Of a stretch of DNA of 34,297 nucleotides, positions 12,153 through 21,393 are shown one piece after another (within the stretch, counting starts at the first letter, position 1; the number at the start of each line of letters is the position of its first letter). The DNA comes from Octopus sinensis (lineage: Eukaryota), in contig NW_021833537.1 in the NCBI RefSeq assembly GCF_006345805.1, forward strand, positions 1-34,297, given 5' to 3'. Made by a program: the position numbers and the translations under genes. The notes below the pieces were generated by a model. That model was not told the origin of the DNA and did not search any database. It saw only the letters and a list, made by a program, of their open reading frames with translations.

Positions 12153-12409
12153 GTAGAATTCAAGCTGTAATTATTGCCAAAGGCAGTCCTACCACATATT
12201 AAAATAAATTTGTTTGTAATTTTAAGGTGTTTCCATTATTTTGTCCAACCCCTATATGTTTTGTTTAAGGCTTAATGTCTTTAGTGCTATCCCCATAATA
12301 TTGATGGGGATAGATATGTTGATGCATTTAAGAAGAGCAGTGTTTTTTGTATAAGGTCTATCCCCTAAGTATTCATATTACTAATAGTGTTAGATATGAT
12401 GATGTTTAA

Positions 12410-12629
12410 CCCTTTCATTACCAACACAGTTGAAACCAGCTGTGGCTTTGAGTAAAAATGTTTCGTTTTCATAAACTTTGAATTCAAATCTTCCACTAAA
12501 TCTTACTCACAATTTATGTTCCTAACACTAGCTGAATGATAACTAAGTTATTTTACTAAATTCTTTGTTATATTTAATGTAATTGAAAGAAACACAGAGC
12601 ATCTCAAAATAAATACAGTAACAAAAGGG
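12410..12629. mobile_element. piggyBac-like non-autonomous element (MITE), 220 bp
   Basis: TTAA on both sides (12406-12409, 12630-12633); TIR CCCTTTCATTAC / GTAACAAAAGGG; paralog at 27290-27510. Confidence 0.85.
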
Positions 12630-12791
12630 TTAAGGTTTATCCCCCCAAAATGCAGTAGCTATGCTAATATATTAATATATTTATGATGTAGTTGCATATG
12701 TATGTTGAAATTATGCCACACAAAAACTAATTTTGTATGTGATTCATTACAGAAATTTGGTAGCAATTTTGGCAATAACTCGGCGAGCTTA

Positions 12792-13365
12792 TTGGGTTGG
12801 TGCGTAATTATTGCAGCTTCTTTTTCAACAAAGTGGAGGTGCAATAGCCCAGTGGTTAGGGCAGCAGACTCGTGGTTTCGATTCCCAGATCATTGTGTGT
12901 GTTTATTGAGCGAAAACACCTAAAAGCTCCACGAGGCTCCGGCTGGGAGTGGTGGCAACCCCTGTGGTACTCTTTCACCACAACTTTCTCTCACTCTTTC
13001 TTCCTGTTTCTTGAGTAACACTGTGATGGACTGGTGTCCTGTCCAGCTGGGAGGAACACATACGCCACAGAAACCGGGAAACCGGGCCCATGAGCCCGGC
13101 CAGGCTTGAAAAGGACGACGTTTATCGTTTTTATTGTTTTTTTTCAATAAATTTTATTCAACAAAAAACAATAACAACATGTAACAAAAACATCTTTAAA
13201 TGATTGTTCTGGAACATATTCACCATCTACTTCAATTACTGCTTCCCATTTGCTTGGCAGACGGTCAGGCCGTCATTTAAAGATGTTTTTGTTAAATATT
13301 GTTATTGTTTTTGTTGAATAAAATTTGTTGAAAAAAAACCCCACAATAATTATGCACCAACCCAA
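12792..13365. mobile_element. Mariner-derived fold-back MITE interrupted by SINE D
   Basis: TA-flanked TIRs TTGGGTTGGTGCGTAATTATTG / CAATAATTATGCACCAACCCAA. Minus-strand 13211-13263 reads RLPSKWEAVIEVDGEYVP, like a mariner transposase C-terminus. Long imperfect inverted arms at ~13145-13203 and 13273-13330. Confidence 0.85.
12835..13120 (+). mobile_element. SINE family D (tRNA-like head) with an alternative 3' part
   Basis: Head GGAGGTGCAATAGCCCAGTGGTTAGGGCAG...GGTTTCGATTCC shared with 25422 and 32813; the 3' part GTGATGGACTGGTGTCCTGTCCAG...CAGAAACCGGG differs from the copy at 25599. Confidence 0.8.
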
Positions 13366-13419
13366 TATATCTGGACTGTGTGTTTGTCCAGATAAAGCCT
13401 GTTCGTATGTAATAAACCC

Positions 13420-14030
13420 AAGCATGGCCTAGTGGTTAGGGTGTTGAACTTATGAAAGTCCTCTAGTTCAGGTTAACCCCTTCATTCTCAGCAGTGGAGA
13501 GAGTACCAAATGGTTGAGGGCAGTAAGTGCCTAACAAATGTCATTTCCAGATACCAGGCACCCAATCTATATCGGCAGACTGAAACTGAAAGAAGCCCAC
13601 CATATATATATATACATACAAAAGTAGTGGGGATGTAAACACACCAAATGTCATTTCCAGATACCAGGCACCCAATCTATATTGGCAGACTGAAACTGAA
13701 AGAAGCCCACCATATATATATATACATACAAAAGTTATGGGGATGTAAACACACCGACACTGGTTGTCAAGTGGTTGTGGTGGAGGACAAACACTCACAC
13801 ACACACACATGATGGGCTTCTTTCAGTTTGTTTCTACCAAATCCACTCTCAAGTCTTTGGTCAGCCCAAATCTATAGTAGAAGTGTGATTCTCAGACTGA
13901 GCAGTGTGTTACGTTCTTGAGCAAAATTCTTCATTTCAATTTGCTTTAGTGCTATGTGGAGACTGGCATGTCAAAGAATAGACCCAACATTTTCTCTGCC
14001 TGTCATAAAAGGTGACTAACAGAGGTCAAG
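13420..14030 (+). mobile_element. Further SINE (head ~13420-13455, body ~13885-14030) split by a ~430-bp patchwork insertion of SINE A fragments in both orientations
   Basis: Head CATGGCCTAGTGGTTAGGGTGTTG; body GTGTTACGTTCTTGAGCAAAATTCTTCATTTC...CCTGTCATAAAAGGTGACTAA. Internal SINE A pieces at 13575-13620 (+) and ~13731-13884 (-). Confidence 0.55.
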
Positions 14031-14220
14031 GAAGGATTTGCACTCTGACCTCGTAAAACTCTCACCAGCAATGAATAGCCAAACAGACCCATGGGTTGGA
14101 GGGTTGTCGCCTGAGGGGTGCAGAGATGTCATCTACTAGGAGTAATTGGGAATCACCAATAAAAGGTGGATGCAATGATGTGCTGTTACAGCACATTCCC
14201 CCATATTAATTACTACCATT

Positions 14221-14601
14221 CATCATCATCATCATCATTGTTCGACTGTGGTCGAGACAATGGAATTTACCATGCTACGCCAGACTTCACGGTCCATCAT
14301 AGCATTACGGAGGTCCTGTTGCTGGATGCCTGTAACCCTGGAGATTACATTGGGGTAGGAGAGTGTGCGCCCTCTGGTATTGTGAGTAGATGGCTTTGAG
14401 ATAGATAGATAGATAGATAGATAGATCATCATCATCATCATTGTTCGACCGTGGTCGAGACAATGGAATTTACCATGCTACGCCAGACTTCACGGTCCAT
14501 CATGGCATTACGGAGGTCCTGTTGCTGGATGCCTGTATCCCTGGAGATTACATCAGGGTAGGAGAGTGTGCGCCCTCTGGTATTGTGACTAGATGGCTTT
14601 G

Positions 14602-14633
<32 letters not shown>

Positions 14634-15144
14634 CATCATCATCATTGTTCGACCGTGGTCGAGACAATGGAATTTACCATGCTACGCCAGACTTCACAGT
14701 CCATCATAGCATTATGGAGGTCCTGTTGCTGGATGCCTGTAACCCTGGAGATTACATTGGGGTAGGAGAGTGTGCGCCCTCTGGTATTGTGAGTAGATGG
14801 CTTTGAGATAGATAGATAGATAGATAGATCATCATCATCATTGTTCGACCGTGGTCGAGACAATGGAATTTACCATGCTACGCCAGACTTCACGGTCCAT
14901 CATGGCATTACGGAGGTCCTGTTGCTGATGCCTGATCCCTGGAGATTACATCAGGGTAGGAGAGTGTGCGCCCTCTGGTATTGCGAGTAGATGCCTTCCA
15001 GAGGAGAAGAGTAGAAATTACTTCTTTTTCAGCTCTACAACAATGTCCGGCAAACTGGACTCTCCTCCCTTTCACAAGAGATGACACAGGTGGTAGTTTC
15101 CCATATATTTGCATTTTGGTTGGATGGCGCTTCCACGAGAGATT
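14221..15144 (-). mobile_element. RTE/RTEX-like non-LTR retrotransposon 3' end, amplified as four tandem ~200-bp copies
   Basis: Minus strand reads NLSWKRHPTKMQIYGKLPPVSSLVKGRRVQFAGHCCRAEKEVISTLLLWKASTRNTRGRTLSYPDVISRD, and the other copies continue TGIQQQDLRNAMMDREVWRSMVNSIVSTTVEQ*. This has the RTE-type AGH..R and D.M.DR..WR motifs and a (GAT)n tail. Unit starts at 14238, 14441, 14645 and 14841. Confidence 0.85.
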
Positions 15145-15449
15145 TTACTACCATTACTGCTACGACATGGGGTGGGGTGGGGTGGGGAGAAAATAAGTAC
15201 CAAAATGGTAACAGTGAGTAGACCAATTATGGTACATAGTATTCTATAAACTTCCACAGAGAGCAGCAGTGTTTCCACAGTGATACGTCTTAGAGAAGAG
15301 AGTGGACACTTGTCTAGTTTATAAGAAACAAAGAGGGACTTTATTCAGTTGGCAATGCGCATGGAAAAAGAGGTGAAACCTTGTTTTGTGAAATGCAACA
15401 GGAAACATGTTCATATACTAACAGGCAAACACTTTATATTACACATACA

Positions 15450-15686
15450 CACACATGTGTGTGTGTGTGTATATCTATATATGTATGTGTGTGTGTGTGT
15501 ATGTATGTACATATGCATGTATGTGTGTGTATATATATATATATATATGTCTATGTGTGTGTGTCTGCATGTATATTATATTGTATGTGTGTGTGTGTGT
15601 GTGTGTATATGTATGTACATATGCATGTATGTGTGTGTATATATATATATATATGTCTATGTGTGTGTGTCTGCATGTATATATAT

Positions 15687-15729
<43 letters not shown>

Positions 15730-15845
15730 ACATATGCATGTATGTGTGTATATATATATGTATCTATATGTCTATGTGTCTGTGTCTGCATGTATATATA
15801 TATAATATATTGTATGTGTATGTGTGTGTGTGTGTGTGTGCACAT
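15450..15845. repeat. Tandem ~85-100-bp units built from (TG)n/(TA)n with fixed motifs TGTACATATGCATG and GTCTGCATG
   Basis: Three copies here, plus about 1.5 copies at 17095-17310. Confidence 0.85.
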
Positions 15846-15857
15846 AGGCAGAAGCAT

Positions 15858-15962
15858 TGCTGTGTGGTTAAGAAGTTCACTTCCCAACCACATGGTTTCA
15901 GGTTCAATACCACTGCCTGTTTGGCACTTTGAGCAAACATCCTCTACGATATAGATTGGGCG
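15858..15962 (+). mobile_element. SINE A head fragment (duplicated at 17326-17429)
   Basis: GCTGTGTGGTTAAGAAG...CAACCACATGGTTTCAGGTTCAAT. Confidence 0.75.
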
Positions 15963-16150
15963 CCTGGTATCTGGAAATGACATTTGTTAGGCACTTACTG
16001 CCCTCAACCATTTGGTACTCTCTCCACTGCTGAGAATGAAGTAGAATGGGCTGAGAGGAGACTCGGCATGACCATGGGGGATAAAAATCATACAGAGTGT
16101 ATGATTCTATGCCAATCAGTTGGGTGGCCGTTTGACAGGTGTAGTGTAGA

Positions 16151-16934
16151 AAGGCGGTGAGCTGGCAGAAACGTTAGCTCGCCAGGCGAAATGCTTAGCG
16201 GTATTTTGTCTGCGGCTACGTTCTGGGTTCAAATTCCGCCGAGGTTGACTTTGCCTTTCATCCTTTTGGGGTCGATTAAATAAGTACCAGTTATGCAATG
16301 GGGTCAATATAATCGACTTAATCCGTGTATCTGTCCTTGTTTGTCCTCTCTGTGTTTAGCCCCTTTTGGGTAGTAAAGAAATAGGTATTTAGTCTGCCGT
16401 TAAGTTCTGAGTTCAAATTCTGCCGAGGTCGACTTTGCCTTTCATCCTTTCGGGGTCGATAAATTAAGTACCAGTTACACACTGGGGTCGATATAATCAA
16501 CTTAATACCTATGTCTGTCCTTGTTTGTCCTCTCTGTGTTTAGCCCCTTGTGGGTAGTAAAGAAATAGGTATTTCGTCTGCCGCTACGTTCTGAGTTCAA
16601 ATTCCGCTGAGGTCGACTTTGCCTTTCATCCTTTCGGGGTCGATAGATTAAGTACCAGTTACACACTGGGGTCGATATAATCGACTTAATCCGTGTGTCT
16701 GTCCTTGTTTGTCCTCTCTGTGTTTAGCCCCTTGTGGGTAGTAAAGAAATAGGTATTTAGTCTGCCGTTAAGTTCTGAGTTCAAATTCCCCCGAGGTCGA
16801 CTTTGCCTTTCATCCTTTCGGGGTCGATAGATTAAGTACCAGTTACACACTGGGGTCGATATAATCGACTTAATCTGTGTGTCTGTCCTTGTTTGTCCCC
16901 TTTGTGTTTAGCCCCTTGTGTGTAGTAAAGAAAT
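16151..16934 (+). mobile_element. SINE family B multimer: one head plus four 184-bp units within a single 14-bp TSD
   Basis: TSD AGGTGTAGTGTAGA at 16137-16150 and 16935-16948; unit junctions GGTATTT at 16200, 16384, 16568 and 16752. The central GTCGACTTTGCCTTTCATCCTTTCGGGGTCGAT resembles, from memory, the Deu/Nin-type SINE domain. Confidence 0.9.
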
Positions 16935-17220
16935 AGGTGTAGTGTAGAGTGCAAGGGGCCAGCCTGTTGTAACCCCCATTGATCCCCAAAAAAATGAACC
17001 TACCTAACCATAGACATTAAAAATTGAAACGGCCCCTAAATTGAAATCCATACCATCTATTTTCATCCCCTACTAATTCTGGGAGAGTCTTTGGATACAT
17101 ATGTATCTATATGTCTATGTATGTGTGTGTGTGTATATGTATGTACATATGCATGTATGTGTGTATATATATATATATATGTATCTATATGTCTATGTGT
17201 GTGTGTCTGCATGTATATAT

Positions 17221-17252
<32 letters not shown>

Positions 17253-17268
17253 ATATATTGTATGTGTA

Positions 17269-17309
<41 letters not shown>

Positions 17310-17766
17310 ACATAGGCAGAAGCATTGCTGTGTGGTTAAGAAGTTCACTTCCCAACCACATGGTTTCAGGTTCAATTCCACTGCCTGTTTGGCACTTTGA
17401 GCAAACATCCTCTACGATATAGATTGGGCACCTCATCCAAAGAGATGACACAGGTGGTAGTTTCCCATATATCCTACTCATCCTCAGGCACCTCATCCAA
17501 AGGGTCCCATTGGAAGCAACCATCAAAATGCTTTCCATCTGGATTTCCAAGAGTGGCCAAATCAAAATAGGTCACTAAATACCAAATGGGGCTCAGTTCA
17601 CTTCTGATTTTGAAGTGTATCTTTTAGACTAGGGTGAGGTGCCATCCTTGGGTTCTTTATCTCTCTCCTCCTGGGTCTCCAGATTAAACAACACCAGTGT
17701 TCTGAGTTTAATTCATACCACTAAACACTTACAGAAACACTTCTATGTCGCTGGTCTACCACTGGC

Positions 17767-17926
17767 GGGAGTGGTTGTGTGGTAAGTAGCTTGCTTACGA
17801 ACCACATGGCTCCGGGTTCAGTCCTACTGCGTGGTACCTTGGGCAAGTGTTTTCTACTATAGCCTCAGGCCGACCAAAGCCTTGTGAGTGGATTTGGTAG
17901 ACGGAAACTGAAAGAAGCCCGTCGTA

Positions 17927-17990
<64 letters not shown>

Positions 17991-18183
17991 TATTATATAT
18001 GTATGTATGTGTATATGTTTGTGCGTCTGTGATTAGGTCCCTATAACTAAGCGGTTCGGCAAAAGAGACCGATAGAATAAAGTACTAGGCTTACAAAGAA
18101 TAAGTTCTGGGGTCGATTTGATCGACTAAAGGCAGTGCTCCGGCATGGCCACAGTCACATGACTGAAACAAGTAAAAGAGTAA
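17767..18183 (+). mobile_element. SINE family A, near full length, with an internal (TA)n expansion
   Basis: Head, central GAAAGAAGCCCGTCG-(TA)n, and 3' end ATGACTGAAACAAGTAAAAGAG. Confidence 0.9.
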
Positions 18184-19017
18184 TATTTAACATTTTTTTT
18201 AATTTTTGAAAAATATAATTTTTTTTTTGCTGTGAATATATGTTTCAGTGTGTGTGTCTGCATATATATAGCATGTGTGTATGTGTGTATGTGTGCGTAT
18301 ACTGTGCTTATAACTCATGTGTAAACTGTGTGTGTGTGTGTATACTGTTGATATGTGTAAATAGTTGTGTGTGTATATGTAGCTCGTATGTGTGTGTCTG
18401 TGTGTGTGTGTGTGTTATAGAAACAAGTATAATCCAACCCCTCCTCATCCCCTGACTTGTCTGTTGCCCCCACCCCACCCACTTACCCCTTACATAATCC
18501 GTTTTCCTTAATTATGTCTATCCGTTATGGTTATCGTTAAATTGTTAATTACAATTCTAATGAATTCTTACAGCTGTCTCGAAAGCGTTAACAAATCTTT
18601 GTAAAATCAAATTATTTTGCAATTGCTGCTGATGCCGTGGTTGTTGTTGTTACTGTTGTAGATGTTGTTCACGTCGTTTTATTATGTTTTTTTTAAATTT
18701 TCATTTATTTATTTATTTTTTTTTCTTTCTGTTAACTTTCAAAAAACAACATCGGCGAAACCCGAGAACTTTTTCTGCAAAAGTCCATGGATTGTTTACA
18801 ACAATTACTCGCTGCACCCCCTCCTCTTCTTCCTCCCCCCCCCACAACTCCACCGCCTCCGCTTCACCACCCCCCGCGCCACCCTTCATCCCCCACCCGT
18901 CTCTCTAGCACGTAATGTGATTGATGGCATTCGAGGATATCTGTGGCATAAAGTGGAGATGAGGTAGGATGTATATATATATATATATATTATATATATA
19001 TATATATATATATTATA

Positions 19018-19060
19018 TATCATCATCATCATTTAGCGTCTGCTTTCCATGCTAGCATGG
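19018..19060 (-). mobile_element. RTE family C 3'-terminal stub in (TA)n
   Basis: (CAT)n-TTAGCGTCTGCTTTCCATGCTAGCATGG. Confidence 0.7.
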
Positions 19061-19329
19061 TATATATATATATATATAATTATTATTTGAGGGAATATAT
19101 ATATATTTTATATATATTATATATATATATATATATAATATATATATACATACATACACACACATACATACATACATACATGTAGATATGTGTATGTGTT
19201 TATATGTGTATATATATATATAGTAACAAATTTAGCTGTTTCCATTTCTTATATAATATATACATACATACACACATGTACATACATACATGTAGATATG
19301 TATATGTGTCTATATGTGTATTTATATAG

Positions 19330-19371
19330 TGTATGTGTGTGTATATATGTGTGTGTGTATGTATGTATATA

Positions 19372-19425
<54 letters not shown>

Positions 19426-19459
19426 AATATATAATATAATATATATATATATATATAAT

Positions 19460-19544
<85 letters not shown>

Positions 19545-19550
19545 GTATAT
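19330..19550. repeat. (TG)n/(TA)n microsatellite
   Basis: Direct reading. Confidence 0.9.
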
Positions 19551-19778
19551 ATGGGTTTTGGATGGAAAACAGGAAACCAAAACTCAAAACCTGAATGTGT
19601 ATATTTATCTTATTATTAATTGGCAAAACTTACAGAGTGACTCAAGGATCGTGAATTTCATGCATTGGCACTTGACACTCTGTAACTTCTGCTGTTTAAT
19701 AACAATAACAACAACAATAATAATAAAGACAATAACAATAATAATAATGATATATACAGAGGGAAAGCAATATATATA

Positions 19779-20159
19779 TCTTTATATATAAAACTAAAGT
19801 TGTGTGTCTGTCTCCTACGATTTAGATTCCTAACTACTCCCACATTTTGCGGTGCAGTGTAACCAAAACCGGGTATCTTATAGTTGTGATTCATATCGAG
19901 CCCTTCTGGGTATTAGTGCGCGTCTACGATGAGTCTACGATTTTAAAAATAATTTACCATAATTTTTTTCCATTTTAATGCATTTTTTCGCTATTATATA
20001 AGGGAAGTAACTCTCTAAAAATGTCTACGAGTCAACGATTTAAAAAAAAATTTACCATTTTTTCCCCATTTTTAATGCATTTTTTTGCTATAACTCTCTA
20101 AAAATGCTTATATAGTTATTTCCCTTACAAACCTGAGCAACGCCGGGCGATACTGCTAG
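19779..20159 (+). mobile_element. Non-autonomous Helitron, 381 bp
   Basis: 5' A|TC (19778|19779-19780) followed by TTTATATATAAAAC; 3' GCAACGCCGGGCG GC-rich subterminal palindrome and CTAG|T (20156-20159|20160); no TSD; internal imperfect duplication. Confidence 0.85.
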
Positions 20160-20489
20160 TATATGTATATATGTATCTACATATGCATCTCTAAGAAAGA
20201 GTATTACAGTTGGTGTTATGTATGAGGTCGTGGAGCAGAGCAGGAAGAATATAGGATAGCCAAACTATCAGAACTGTTTGTGATTCATAGAGTGACACCA
20301 GTGCCAAAATGCTACCCCGAGACATTGAACTTTGAAAAGCTTAGAACATACAATCTGAAATGTTTGTGCGTACATACATGTTTGAGTGTGTATGTGTGTA
20401 TCTGTGTGTGTGTATGTGTGTATCTGTGTGTGTGTATGTGTGTGTGTACATACATATTAAAATGTATGTGAATAACCATGTAAAAATGT

Positions 20490-20768
20490 GGATGTATATA
20501 TTATATTATGTGTTGTGTGTGTGTGTTGTGTATTATATATTAATATATATATATATATGTGTGTGTGGTGTGTGTGTGTGTGGTATATATATATATATAT
20601 ATATGTGTGTGTTGTTTGTGTGTGTATATATATATATATATATGTGTGTGTGGTGTGGTGTTATATATATAATATAATATATAGATGTGTGTGTGTGATA
20701 TATATATATATATATCTATATATATGTGTGTGTGTGGTGGTGTATATATATATATATATATATATGTG

Positions 20769-20862
<94 letters not shown>

Positions 20863-20878
20863 TGTGTGTGTGTGTGGT

Positions 20879-20920
<42 letters not shown>

Positions 20921-20944
20921 TGTGTGTTGTGTGTGTGTGTGTAT

Positions 20945-21003
<59 letters not shown>

Positions 21004-21120
21004 TATATTATATGTGTGTGGTGCATGTGTGTGTGTATATATATGTGTGCATATATATGTGTGTATGTGTGTATATATACATATATATATATATATATCA
21101 TATATATATATCTATATATA
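20490..21120. repeat. Alternating (TG)n-(TA)n compound microsatellite
   Basis: Direct reading. Confidence 0.95.
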
Positions 21121-21122
21121 TA

Positions 21123-21393
21123 CCGGAGTAAGCACATGAATGTGAAACAAGATGGAAAAAAGAGTACTCAAATACCAGAGGTAGAGTAATATGCTTTATT
21201 TAAAAGCTGCAGAAATATAACAAAAGCTGTTACTCAGAGTTTCATGTTCCCATACATTGCACAGTTTTGTTAAAATAGAACAGAAATAACGATATCATTA
21301 TTTCTGTTGTATTTTAACAAAACTGTCCGATGAATGGGAGCGTGAAACTCTGAGTAACAGCTTTTGTTATGTTTCTGCTGCTTTTAAATAAAG
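21123..21393 (-). mobile_element. Penelope-like fold-back element, copy 3 (longest, ~96-bp arms)
   Basis: Tail 21123-21193 (reverse complement of the tails in copies 1 and 2); inverted arms 21194-21289 and 21298-21393; 8-nt loop CGATATCA; (TA)n on both sides. Confidence 0.75.
21317..21367 (+). ncRNA. Candidate type I hammerhead ribozyme with U4C core variant
   Basis: Stem I ACAAAA-CTGT / ACAG-c-TTTTGT; core CCGATGA (21327-21333); stem II ATG-GGAG-CGT; GAAA (21344-21347); palindromic stem III ACTC-T-GAGT; GUA triplet (predicted cut after 21356). Confidence 0.6.

Larger units (their letters stand above)
10575..12254 (+). pseudogene. Tc1-like DDE transposase relic (3' half plus right TIR), split by two nested insertions
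   Basis: From 10581 translates QEGNAVFQDDNAPIHTAKVVT*WHEEHSSEFGYLIWSPQSPDLNIIEHL (Tc1 DNA-x-x-H and SPDLNxIE motifs). Resumes at ~11236 with CILEKQVRSQYPPPSSLQELETV*AEEWIKIPLETIQTLYKRIPRRIQAVIIA and at ~12180 with KGSPTTY*. A TIR-like TTTCCATTATTTTGTCCAACCCCT precedes TA. Contains in-frame stops. Confidence 0.9.

Noticed and set aside
16200-16934. Retrozyme (hammerhead-containing tandem monomers)
   Set aside because: No CUGANGA/GAAA hammerhead core could be found on either strand of the 184-bp unit.
21229-21272. Functional hammerhead on the minus strand of hairpin copy 3
   Set aside because: Stems are present but the core reads GCAATGT, which breaks several essential positions; treated as a decayed arm.
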